Below are positions 33,307 through 42,092 of a DNA stretch of 64,000 bases, in pieces. Origin of the DNA: an uncultured delta proteobacterium. Its GTDB lineage: Bacteria > Desulfobacterota > Desulfobacteria > Desulfobacterales > QNYZ01. A program made the position numbers and the translations under genes. The notes below the pieces were generated by a model that ran no database searches, was not told where the DNA came from, and saw only the letters and a program-made list of their open reading frames with translations. The stretch is from contig CAWJQU010000005.1 in the NCBI GenBank assembly GCA_963845145.1, forward strand, positions 480,001-544,000, in the 5' to 3' direction. Within the stretch, counting starts at the first letter, position 1; every line of letters begins with the position of its first letter.

Positions 33307-35361
33307 TTGAATCTGACATCCCGTAATGACGGGAGTAGGAAAAACCGTTTTTCAATCGGCACCGGTTCCGGCCGCAGGCCGGTTCTCATCTGCGGCTTGA
33401 TTATCGCCATGCTGCTGAACGTCTATTTCTTCTTTCAGCCCGGTCTTTTGAATTGGGCCAATAGCCGTATTTACGATACCCTGCTGGTATCGATCCCCCA
33501 CACAGCACCCTCAACGCTCCCGGTGATTGTCGATATCGATGATGAAAGTCTCAAACAATTCGGACAATGGCCTTGGCCGCGCTACAAGGTTGCCCGGCTA
33601 TTGGAAAAGATCCAGGCTCTCGGCGCACGCAGTATTGCTCTTGACATGACCTTTCCTGAACCGGATCGAACCTCTCTGGAACATCTTCAAAACCAGATCG
33701 AAAACGATTTTAACATCCGTTTGGATATGTCGGCTGTTAGCGAAAATTTAAAAGATAATGATACATTATTAGCCGAAACCTTATCCAAGGGACCGTTTAT
33801 ACTTGGATATAAATTTAATTTTGATTCCAAATCGCCACATACGACCGATTGCCGGCTTCATCCCGCGCCGGTTTTTGTTATCCGGCCGGAAGGCGTAACT
33901 GATGATCAGACGCCCCTGCATGCGGCCCGGGGCGTCTTGTGTAATATTAATCCCCTTGCCCAAGCGGTCACCCATTCCGGTTTTATCAATGCCACCCCCG
34001 ACCGGGACGGCACCCTGCGACGGGTACCGCTTTTAATCGTTCACAAGGACAAAATCTACCCAAGTCTCGCCCTCGCTGCGATATTAAAAGCCTTTGGTTC
34101 AGAACAAATCCTGCTTCGAGCGAGTATCTATGGTGGCCAATCGATCATTTTTGATAACCATGTCATCCCTTTGGACGAAAAAGGCAACCTGTTGATCCGG
34201 TTTCGAGGCCCGGAAAACACCTTTTTGCATATCTCGGCAGCAAAGATATTGGCCGGTCAGCCGTTGAAAAAAGAGATCACCGATCGGATTGTTTTTATCG
34301 GCACCTCAGCAACCGGTCTGAGAGATTTTCATGCCACACCATTTGATCCGTTATATCCTGGCGTGGAAGCCCACGCCGCCATCGTGGATAATATTATCCA
34401 GGGCGATTTTGTTTCCCGCCCCCAATGGCTGCGTGGGGTTGAACTCATTTTAGGATGTATCGTCGGTATCCTTTCCGCGATGCTGCTGGCTTACGGGCGG
34501 GCGGTATGGAGCATCTCGGCGTTTATAATCAGTACCCTTTTACTATGGGGCGGATCCGGCCTGTTGCTAAGCAGTCGGGGCCTATTTATCTCGCCCTTTA
34601 TTCCGCTATCCATTTTTGCGGTTAATTTTTCCTTTTTATCGGCAGTCAAATTCTGGTGGGCAGAGTGGGTTGGGAAGAAGCGGGCCCAAGAGTTGGCGAT
34701 GGTACAGGCCGTAACATTAGAAACCCTTGCGATGGTCATCGAAACACGGCACACGGAAACCGGCGGGCATGTCAAGCGCACCCAGTATTACGTGAAACAC
34801 TTAGCCGAATATTTACAAAATGATAAAAAATACCGCCCTATGCTTGATGACGAGACCATCGAGCTGCTTTTTCGTTCATCGCCGCTACATGATGTCGGCA
34901 AGGTCGGTGTCCCCGACACGATTTTAAAAAATCCCGGCAAATTAACCAAAGAAGAATTTGAGGTGATGAAAAACCATACCGTGTACGGCAAGCAGATATT
35001 TGATGAGGCCGAAACCAAATTAGGCCAAAACTCTTTTTTATCCATTGCCCGTACCATCGCCTATTCCCATCACGAGAAATGGGATGGATCCGGCTATCCG
35101 CGTGGCCTGAAGGGAGAATCGATCCCCTTGTATGGCCGTATTATGGCAATTGCCGATATTTACGATGCCCTGATCAGCGAACGTTTATACAAAGCGGCGA
35201 TGCCGCACAAAGATGCCGTGGCCTATATCGAGGAAAGGAGTGGCATTGAATTGGATCCGGCGGTTGTCAATGCGTTTATCAACCGGAAAACTGCATTCAG
35301 GCAAGTAGCGGCCAGATTCAGTGATGGCGCGGGAGGCGATATGAATTTGATTAACCCTTGA
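33307..35361 (+). CDS. CHASE2 + TM + HD-GYP cyclic-dinucleotide phosphodiesterase
   Basis: IVDIDDESL..GQWPWPR, DRDGTLRR, PGVEAHA (CHASE2); LHDVGK and HHEKWDGSGYP. Confidence 0.9.
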   Translation: MNLTSRNDGSRKNRFSIGTGSGRRPVLICGLIIAMLLNVYFFFQPGLLNWANSRIYDTLLVSIPHTAPSTLPVIVDIDDESLKQFGQWPWPRYKVARLLEKIQALGARSIALDMTFPEPDRTSLEHLQNQIENDFNIRLDMSAVSENLKDNDTLLAETLSKGPFILGYKFNFDSKSPHTTDCRLHPAPVFVIRPEGVTDDQTPLHAARGVLCNINPLAQAVTHSGFINATPDRDGTLRRVPLLIVHKDKIYPSLALAAILKAFGSEQILLRASIYGGQSIIFDNHVIPLDEKGNLLIRFRGPENTFLHISAAKILAGQPLKKEITDRIVFIGTSATGLRDFHATPFDPLYPGVEAHAAIVDNIIQGDFVSRPQWLRGVELILGCIVGILSAMLLAYGRAVWSISAFIISTLLLWGGSGLLLSSRGLFISPFIPLSIFAVNFSFLSAVKFWWAEWVGKKRAQELAMVQAVTLETLAMVIETRHTETGGHVKRTQYYVKHLAEYLQNDKKYRPMLDDETIELLFRSSPLHDVGKVGVPDTILKNPGKLTKEEFEVMKNHTVYGKQIFDEAETKLGQNSFLSIARTIAYSHHEKWDGSGYPRGLKGESIPLYGRIMAIADIYDALISERLYKAAMPHKDAVAYIEERSGIELDPAVVNAFINRKTAFRQVAARFSDGAGGDMNLINP

Positions 35362-35434
35362 CGGTCGGTATTACACCGGATATCCATGTTCCCTTGGTCT
35401 CCTTTTTCTGTGAACACCTCATTCAATCAGGAAT

Positions 35435-36058
35435 ATGTGGATGAAACAGCTCTCGACGGCACTACCTCTAATTGGATTTTTGATTCTCGCTGCATGTTCA
35501 GCCCCACCACGCAACTACTTCGTTTTGATCCCCGATCCCGAAGGAAAAGTAGGGGAAATCAGTATCGAAAATGACGCGGGGAAGCAAATAGTTACGACGG
35601 CAGGAGCAGTGGTTGCAGTAAAAAGTAAACAAGCGTTACCTCAGCACCGAAAACCACTGGCGACGAAAGAAATTCAGGCTAATTTTGATGAGGCCATAAA
35701 GGCCATCCCCGCTCTGTCCACGCGATATATTCTCTTTTTTAAATTTGGGATAGCCCAGCTTACCGAACAATCAAAACGCTATTTCAACGCGATTGACGAT
35801 CAAATCGTTCAAGTTGTTAAAGAGCGAACCCCTTGTGATATACGCATTGTCGGCCATACCGACACCCGCGGGTCGGATGCGCTAAATTTGAAGCTCGGTC
35901 TGACGCGGGCGCGGAGGGTCTTTCAAAAAATGCGTAAAATAGGGATATCTCCCGATCAAATGGAGGTGGTCTCGCACAGCGAAAAAAACCTTCACGTTCC
36001 GACACCCGACAATACGGCTGAGGCCAAAAACCGGCGGGTTGAGATTCTGATTCATTAA
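35435..36058 (+). CDS. Second OmpA-family lipoprotein (paralog of 32329-32943)
   Basis: Lipobox ILAAC; shared VLIPD..G.VG.I...N.AGKQI N-terminal domain; GHTDTRG..NRRVE. Confidence 0.85.
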   Translation: MWMKQLSTALPLIGFLILAACSAPPRNYFVLIPDPEGKVGEISIENDAGKQIVTTAGAVVAVKSKQALPQHRKPLATKEIQANFDEAIKAIPALSTRYILFFKFGIAQLTEQSKRYFNAIDDQIVQVVKERTPCDIRIVGHTDTRGSDALNLKLGLTRARRVFQKMRKIGISPDQMEVVSHSEKNLHVPTPDNTAEAKNRRVEILIH

Positions 36059-36175
36059 AAACATATGTGCAGGACTATAGATAAAAGTCACTCAAGGCGG
36101 GGAATGCGTCTCAACCTTACCGGCTTGTAAAAGAAACAATAATTTATATCGTGGCGTTGTTAACTTTTAGAGCGT

Positions 36176-37534
36176 TTATTTGATGCCGTATTTTTTCATT
36201 TTCCGCCAAAGCGTCGATTTATTAATTTTTAGGTACGCTGCGGTTTTCCCGCGATGACCTTGATGCTGGTTCAATCCTGCGGTAATGACATCTTTTTCGG
36301 CCCGGTCAAATTGGGGACGAGCAGCACGGTGCTCTCCCACAATATTTGGGGTGACCCCATCTTGAATTTCCCCGGAGAGGTGCTCGGCTTTGATCTCCTC
36401 ACCATGGCATAGCACAAAGGCAAATTCGATAATATTTTCCAGCTCACGAATATTTCCGGGATAACGATAGTGCATTAGAATATTTAGGGCATGAGCGGAT
36501 ATCCTTTTGATTTCCTTGCCCTTGAGTGCATTGAATTTCTGAATAAAATGTTGAATCAGTATTGGAATGTCCTCACGCCGCTTGGAAAGGGGTGGCAGTT
36601 CGATTCTTACGACATTCAGGCGATAGAACAGGTCTTCCCGAAAAGCGCCCCGTGAAACGAGTTCAAACAATTTTCGGTTGGTCGAAGTGATGATGCGAGC
36701 ATCTGTTTTCAATGTCGCCGTTGCGCCTAAAGGTTCATATTCTTTTTCCTGTAGAACCCTCAGTAGTTTGACTTGGAGAGCCGTCGAGATATCACCTATT
36801 TCATCAAGAAACAGCGTTCCGCCCGCTGCACGTGTGAAGCGCCCTGGCTTGTCATTCTTGGCCTCACTAAAGGCTCCTTTTTTGTAGCCGAATAATTCAG
36901 ACTCTAATAGCGTATCCGGCAGTGCGGCACAGTTAACTGCCACGAAATCGCCCGATTGTCCGCTCATGTTATGGATTGCGCGAGCAAAGAGCTCTTTCCC
37001 GGACCCACTCGGCCCCTCGATGAGGATGGTGCTTCCGCTCGCGGCAATGTCGGGTAGGATGTCGAAAATTTTTTGGATTGTATGGTTCTTGCTGATGATG
37101 TCTTGAAACTGGTACTGGTTGTTAATCTTTTTGCGCAAGGTCTCCACAGCGGTAAGATCTCTGAAAATCTCCACCCCACCGATAGCATTCCCTTCCCGAT
37201 CCATCAGCATGGAGGTGCTGATACTAACAGATATATGTTCTCCCTGGCTGTTTAAGATGTTGACGGGGATGTTGATCCCCTGTTCCCCCGTTTGCATGGC
37301 TTTGTTAAGCGCACATGTTGTCTGACATATGTTGGCCCGAAAGACGTCAAAGCATTTCTGGCCGATGGCCTGACGTCTAGATACCCCTGTGATTTTTTCG
37401 GCAGCACGGTTAAAATACCTGATGTTGAAGTCAAGGTCGACAGTGAAGACACCGTCGGCGATCGAATCCAGGATCGTTTCAAAATGGGTATGGTGTTGTC
37501 TGTCACTGTTACTTATGCGTTTTTTTCGGTCCAA
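36176..37534 (-). CDS. Sigma54-dependent activator with Cys-containing PAS domain (OrpR-like)
   Basis: PAS with C-x8-C-x3-C; GPSGSGKE; ESELFG..GAFSEA; LFLDEIG; Fis-type HTH. TTG start at 37534 after GGAGG. Confidence 0.88.
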   Translation of the reverse strand: MDRKKRISNSDRQHHTHFETILDSIADGVFTVDLDFNIRYFNRAAEKITGVSRRQAIGQKCFDVFRANICQTTCALNKAMQTGEQGINIPVNILNSQGEHISVSISTSMLMDREGNAIGGVEIFRDLTAVETLRKKINNQYQFQDIISKNHTIQKIFDILPDIAASGSTILIEGPSGSGKELFARAIHNMSGQSGDFVAVNCAALPDTLLESELFGYKKGAFSEAKNDKPGRFTRAAGGTLFLDEIGDISTALQVKLLRVLQEKEYEPLGATATLKTDARIITSTNRKLFELVSRGAFREDLFYRLNVVRIELPPLSKRREDIPILIQHFIQKFNALKGKEIKRISAHALNILMHYRYPGNIRELENIIEFAFVLCHGEEIKAEHLSGEIQDGVTPNIVGEHRAARPQFDRAEKDVITAGLNQHQGHRGKTAAYLKINKSTLWRKMKKYGIK

Positions 37535-37577
37535 TCCGTTTTCCCTCCGCGTAGCATTGCCATGAATGCCGGAGCAT

Positions 37578-37623
37578 ATTGCATTTATGCAATGCAATGC
37601 AACGATAAATTGCAATAATGCAC
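37578..37623. promoter_or_regulatory. Paired upstream activator sites
   Basis: ATTGCAT-TT-ATGCAAT perfect palindrome (37578-37593) and ATTGCAATAATGCAC (37609-37623), 31 bp apart. Confidence 0.6.
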
Positions 37624-37711
37624 CTACACCCTATTTTACCGTAATACCAAAATATTTCTAACATATTAATATATCTATATATATCGATTTTTTGAGCCAT
37701 AATTATTAACA

Positions 37712-37727
37712 TGGCACGCGCTATGCT
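37712..37727 (+). promoter_or_regulatory. Sigma54 -24/-12 promoter of the orp-like operon
   Basis: TGGCACGCGCTATGCT with GG-N10-GC spacing. Confidence 0.8.
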
Positions 37728-37793
37728 ATCCCTATTCATAAAGTCAGCTTTGGATAGAGCGTAATGAATCCGGACAGGCTGCGGGCAAGCAAA

Positions 37794-38207
37794 ATGAAAA
37801 TCGCTATTCCAGTGTTTCATACTAAAGTTTCTCCCCGTTTTGACGAAACCCAAGGGTTTGTTTTGCTGGAAACGGAAAAGGCCCATGTTATTGCCAAGGA
37901 GAAATTGGTGACCAAAGGGTGGTCGGCCATTGCCAAGATGAAACAGCTCGTGGACGTGGGGATCGATACACTGATTTGCGGAGCAATTGATCGCGCTTCA
38001 CTGCAATTTCTGAGCGCTAACGGCATCAGCATATATTCCTGGGTGACGGGTGAGGTCGATGATGCCGTTGTCTGTTTTTTGGAAAAAAGGATGACGTCCG
38101 GTATTATTTTGGGCGAACAGGGACGTATGAAGGGACAATGGCAGTTCTGTAAAGGCCGGAATCATCTGTGCCATCGGTTTCAAAAAGTTTCAAACAGATT
38201 TTTATAA
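37794..38207 (+). CDS. NifB/NifX-family (FeMo-co-binding-like) protein
   Basis: MKIAIPVF..VSPRFD, LICGAI. Confidence 0.75.
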   Translation: MKIAIPVFHTKVSPRFDETQGFVLLETEKAHVIAKEKLVTKGWSAIAKMKQLVDVGIDTLICGAIDRASLQFLSANGISIYSWVTGEVDDAVVCFLEKRMTSGIILGEQGRMKGQWQFCKGRNHLCHRFQKVSNRFL

Positions 38208-38229
38208 AAACAAAAAGGGGGTGAAGACG

Positions 38230-38415
38230 ATGCCCAGAGGTGACGGAACAGGACCAAAAGGACAGGGACCGCGGTCAGGAAAAGCGCGTGACGGGTGCAA
38301 GGGAGAAAAAAGGGGCCCGGGCAGCGGCCATGGACAGGGGCAGGGGCAGGGGCAGGGATCCGGCAATAACAAGAATAGCAGCCAAAAAGGACGCCTGCGC
38401 GGTGATAAAGCATAG
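38230..38415 (+). CDS. Gly-rich DUF5320-like small protein (N-terminal part)
   Basis: MPRGDGTGP..GP..G...C start; GQ repeats; RBS upstream. Confidence 0.65.
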   Translation: MPRGDGTGPKGQGPRSGKARDGCKGEKRGPGSGHGQGQGQGQGSGNNKNSSQKGRLRGDKA

Positions 38416-38588
38416 TTTTCTTTTGTGGGAAATATAACATACTGAGCCAGGCCCGATGGGCATTTGGCAACATTTCAGTAGAAGATGGATCACTCGAAAT
38501 CGACAGGCTCAAAAGAGAGGTCGATGCAATGAAAAATGCCCTTGAGGCGTTAAACCAGCAACTATCAGAATTGGAAAAAAGAGAATGA
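38409..38588 (+). pseudogene. Start-less coding remnant resembling a DUF5320 C-terminal coiled coil
   Basis: Open frame ...EIDRLKREVDAMKNALEALNQQLSELEKRE whose TGA (38586-38588) overlaps the next ATG. Confidence 0.5.
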
Positions 38589-38980
38589 TACACGTTTTGA
38601 TGGCATGCAGGAACCCGGCATCCATGCTCAATTTCCAAACCGCACTGGATGAAAAGGGTTCCCGGACTACCCGATTTAAACGGGGTAGCCAGGTGCTCTC
38701 TATTATATCTGAGGCACCATTCGATCTTCTGGTCGTTGATGAAATACTCGACGATATGAGCGGGCTTAAATTGATTGAGTTGGTCATCAAAAAACAACCC
38801 ATGCTCAACTGTGCTGCCGTAAGTTCACTTTCATCCGGCGATTTTCACAAAGCAAGTGAGGGCCTGGGGATTTTGATGCAGCTTCCTGCCGAGCCGGACA
38901 GGAAAGCGGCGCATCAACTGCTTAAACATCTAAATCAAATTCAGTCTATTACAACACCTTTGGCCCTTAGGGAGACATAA
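38585..38980 (+). CDS. Single-domain atypical receiver (CheY-like) protein
   Basis: FDLLVVDE..DMSGLKLI receiver core; lacks the N-terminal acidic pair and conserved Lys. Confidence 0.7.
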   Translation: MIHVLMACRNPASMLNFQTALDEKGSRTTRFKRGSQVLSIISEAPFDLLVVDEILDDMSGLKLIELVIKKQPMLNCAAVSSLSSGDFHKASEGLGILMQLPAEPDRKAAHQLLKHLNQIQSITTPLALRET

Positions 38981-38984
38981 GATT

Positions 38985-39821
38985 ATGATCATCAGTGTTG
39001 CCAGCGGTAAAGGCGGGACAGGTAAAACAACCGTAGCGACCAACCTGGCGGTTACCCTGGGGCAGGGGGTCCATTTGCTGGATTGCGATGTTGAAGAGCC
39101 GAACGTCCATCTTTTTTTAAAGCCGAAAATTGATCAAAGAGAAACTGTTTTTGCTGCCGTTCCGGAAATCGATAAAGATAAATGCACCCTGTGCCGCAAA
39201 TGTTCCGACATCTGCCGGTTCAGGGCCATCGCCATTGCCGGTCAGAACATTCTTACTTTTCCGGAGTTGTGCCACAGTTGTGGCGGTTGCATGGTGGTAT
39301 GCCCTGAAGAGGCTATCACCGAAACCGGTCGCGAACTCGGAGTGATTGAAGCTGGCGCATCTGCAGCCGTCGGCTTTGTCCATGGCCGTCTTCGGATCGG
39401 TGAAGCCATGTCTCCGCCGCTGATAAGAAAGGTCAGGTCATTCATAAAGTCTGACAAAATAAATATCATCGATGCGCCTCCCGGCACGTCATGCCCGGTG
39501 ATCGCAGCCATGAAAGATACGGACTTTGTCTTAATGGTGACGGAGCCAACACCTTTTGGCCTGCATGATCTGAAGTTAGCCGTCGAAGCCGTTAAACTTC
39601 TGCATGTTCCCTTTGGTCTTGTCATCAACCGTTCCGACATTGGCAACGATGATGTCAGACAATATGCCGATATGGGAAATATACCAATCCTAATGGAGAT
39701 CCCTTTTGACCGCAGAATAGCAGAAGCCTATTCGCGGGGAAACCTGATAGTGGAAGCAATGCCCGAGTGGAAGAATCAATTCATCGCGCTGTACAGGAAA
39801 ATTGAAAACATCGTAACTTAG
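38985..39821 (+). CDS. MinD-like P-loop ATPase with 2x[4Fe-4S] ferredoxin insert
   Basis: SGKGGTGKT, DCDVEEPN, CTLCRKCSDIC, CHSCGGCMVVCP, DAPPGTSCP. Confidence 0.88.
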   Translation: MIISVASGKGGTGKTTVATNLAVTLGQGVHLLDCDVEEPNVHLFLKPKIDQRETVFAAVPEIDKDKCTLCRKCSDICRFRAIAIAGQNILTFPELCHSCGGCMVVCPEEAITETGRELGVIEAGASAAVGFVHGRLRIGEAMSPPLIRKVRSFIKSDKINIIDAPPGTSCPVIAAMKDTDFVLMVTEPTPFGLHDLKLAVEAVKLLHVPFGLVINRSDIGNDDVRQYADMGNIPILMEIPFDRRIAEAYSRGNLIVEAMPEWKNQFIALYRKIENIVT

Positions 39822-39883
39822 CCTGCGTATTTGAAACCTTCGATGGGTGCACGAGATTTGCGGGATAGAGAGGTAGGACGTTA

Positions 39884-40750
39884 ATGAAAGAACTGGTTGT
39901 TTTAAGCGGTAAGGGCGGAACCGGTAAGACAAGCCTGATGGCTGCCCTGGCTGCAATTGCGATAAACGGTGTTCTGTGTGATGCAGATGTGGATGCGGCG
40001 GATCTTCATCTGCTCATGGCCCCGAATGTGAAACAACGTACGGACTTTATGGGAGGTAATGTTGCCGTCATTGATTCTGAAAAATGTACCCTGTGCGGTC
40101 AATGTGTCGACCTTTGCCGGTTTGATGCCATCAGCGACTCGTTGATCGTCGACGAAATCGCCTGCGAAGGCTGCGGCGTCTGTGTCGATTTATGCCCGGA
40201 GCTCGCCATTGATTTTCCGGTAAAAAAATGTGGCGAGTGGTATATTTCCGACACCCGCTTCGGCACTATGGTGCATGCCAGGTTGGGAATTGCAGAAGAA
40301 AATTCCGGAAAGCTGGTCACGCTGGTTCGCCAAGAAGCAAGAAAGTTGGCCGAGGCAAACCATCTGGAGCTTATCCTAACGGATGGGCCTCCGGGAGTAG
40401 GATGTCCGGTAATCGCTTCGGTCGGCGGTGCCACGGCCGTGATCGTCGTGACCGAACCGACGGTTTCCGGCCTGCATGACATGCAGCGGGTGCTGGAGCT
40501 TGTGGAACATTTCAAAGTTCCATGCATGGTGTGTGTAAATAAATTTGATTTAAACCTCGAACAGACAACGGCAATTGAGAGGCTCGCGGAAGTAAGAAAG
40601 GTTCCCATCGTTGGAAAAGTACCCTTCGATCCTCATTTTACAAAGGCCATGGTCCAGGGAAAAACGATATTTGAGTATGATCAAGACAGCGACCTTAGCC
40701 GGACGATCACGCAATTGTGGGCGTCGATCAGAAAATATTTAGAAACCTAA
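39884..40750 (+). CDS. Second MinD-like ATPase with 2x[4Fe-4S] insert
   Basis: SGKGGTGKT, DADVDAAD, CTLCGQCVDLC, CEGCGVCVDLCP, DGPPGVGCP. Confidence 0.88.
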   Translation: MKELVVLSGKGGTGKTSLMAALAAIAINGVLCDADVDAADLHLLMAPNVKQRTDFMGGNVAVIDSEKCTLCGQCVDLCRFDAISDSLIVDEIACEGCGVCVDLCPELAIDFPVKKCGEWYISDTRFGTMVHARLGIAEENSGKLVTLVRQEARKLAEANHLELILTDGPPGVGCPVIASVGGATAVIVVTEPTVSGLHDMQRVLELVEHFKVPCMVCVNKFDLNLEQTTAIERLAEVRKVPIVGKVPFDPHFTKAMVQGKTIFEYDQDSDLSRTITQLWASIRKYLET

Positions 40751-40779
40751 AAATAGAACCTAAAAGGAGAGTACACGCA

Positions 40780-41172
40780 ATGAAAAATGGTAGAATAGCG
40801 ATCCCATCGAATGGAGATGGCGGGCTGGATGGTGTTAGAGCAGGTCATTTTGGGCACTGTGACGTTTTTACTTTTATCGATGTGGAGGAGGGAGAAATAA
40901 AAGAAGTCAGCGTCCTTAAAAATGAGGCCCACGTACAGGGCGGGTGTATGGTACCGGTAAACCTATTAGCTAACAACAATGTGAACGCCCTGGTGGTGGG
41001 TGGTATCGGTATGCGTCCGCTGATGGGGTTCAGGCAGGTGGGTATCGACGTTTATCATGACCCGGAAAGGGCTGAAATAAGGCCGGTGGTGGAAGACCTG
41101 ATTGCCGGCAGATTGGCGGAGATCCAAAATGACCAAGTCTGTGGTGGGGGCGGGGGGCAAGTGAACCCATAA
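40780..41172 (+). CDS. NifB/NifX-family protein
   Basis: RIAIPS..HFGHC, HVQGGC, GGIGMRP, terminal CGGG; ATG after AAGGAG. Confidence 0.82.
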   Translation: MKNGRIAIPSNGDGGLDGVRAGHFGHCDVFTFIDVEEGEIKEVSVLKNEAHVQGGCMVPVNLLANNNVNALVVGGIGMRPLMGFRQVGIDVYHDPERAEIRPVVEDLIAGRLAEIQNDQVCGGGGGQVNP

Positions 41173-41187
41173 AAGGAGATTTTTCAA

Positions 41188-41547
41188 ATGAAAGTCGCGG
41201 TTACATCCAAGGGAAAGGATCTCGATTCATATGTCGATCCAAGATTCGGGCGTGCGGCATATATTCTGATAGTCGATATGAGCGATGAAACAGTGGCGGT
41301 GCTGGACAATTCAGAAAATGTGAACGCGTTCAAGGGGGCCGGCATTCAGGCTGCCGTTACAATAAGCGACGGGGGTGCGGATGTACTCCTGACCGGTTTC
41401 TGCGGGCCCAATGCCTTCAAGACCTTGACGACAGCTGGTGTAAAAGTGGTCAATGATGTTTCCGGTTCGGTGAGGGATGCGTTGGCCGCATTTAAAGATG
41501 GCAAGGTGTCATATGCCGACGACGCAAACGTTGAGGGGCACTGGTAA
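41188..41547 (+). CDS. Orange protein (ORP)-like NifB/NifX-family protein
   Basis: MKVAVTS..VDPRFGRA, GAGIQAA, LLTGFCGPNAF, terminal GHW. Confidence 0.8.
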   Translation: MKVAVTSKGKDLDSYVDPRFGRAAYILIVDMSDETVAVLDNSENVNAFKGAGIQAAVTISDGGADVLLTGFCGPNAFKTLTTAGVKVVNDVSGSVRDALAAFKDGKVSYADDANVEGHW

Positions 41548-41578
41548 TAAGCCAGTGGGCTATTTACAGGAAGTATCG

Positions 41579-42007
41579 ATGAACAATACTAATTTTAATT
41601 TTTTTCGGGACCATTCCCGGCGCTTTCTAGAAATGGCCCTAAACACAGAGAGACAGGCGTCGATGGCAAATCCGGAGGGATACGGCAAGCGAACCGGGAC
41701 CTGCGGCGATACCGTGGAAATATTTTTAAAGATAAGTGGGAATATAATACAAACGATATCCTATCATGTCGACGGCTGTATCAATACCAATGCCTGCTGT
41801 AACGTCGTAGCCTATTTGACTGAAGGTGCCGATGTCAATGCAGCATGGGGAGTCACGGCCGAAAGGGTGATGGATTACCTGGAGACACTACCTCGGGATC
41901 ACGCACACTGCGCAGAGCTGGCGGTAGGCGCTTTATACCTGGCACTTTCCAGATATCAGGATCTCAGCCGAAATCCATGGAAAAAAGGATACCAGAGAAA
42001 CTCGTGA
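41579..42007 (+). CDS. IscU/NifU N-domain Fe-S scaffold-like protein
   Basis: GTCGDT, DGC, HAHCAELA Cys triad. Confidence 0.8.
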   Translation: MNNTNFNFFRDHSRRFLEMALNTERQASMANPEGYGKRTGTCGDTVEIFLKISGNIIQTISYHVDGCINTNACCNVVAYLTEGADVNAAWGVTAERVMDYLETLPRDHAHCAELAVGALYLALSRYQDLSRNPWKKGYQRNS

Positions 42008-42092
42008 TCTTTGCTTCTTATAAATTAACCACGGATAGAAAATAATATTTCTTATCGATGAAAAGTCACAGGATTCAATTAAAGGAGGGATC

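Noticed and set aside
37794..42007. Nitrogen fixation (nif) cluster
   Set aside because: NifX-like and NifU-like folds are present but nifHDK/ENB are absent; the composition fits an orp-type cluster
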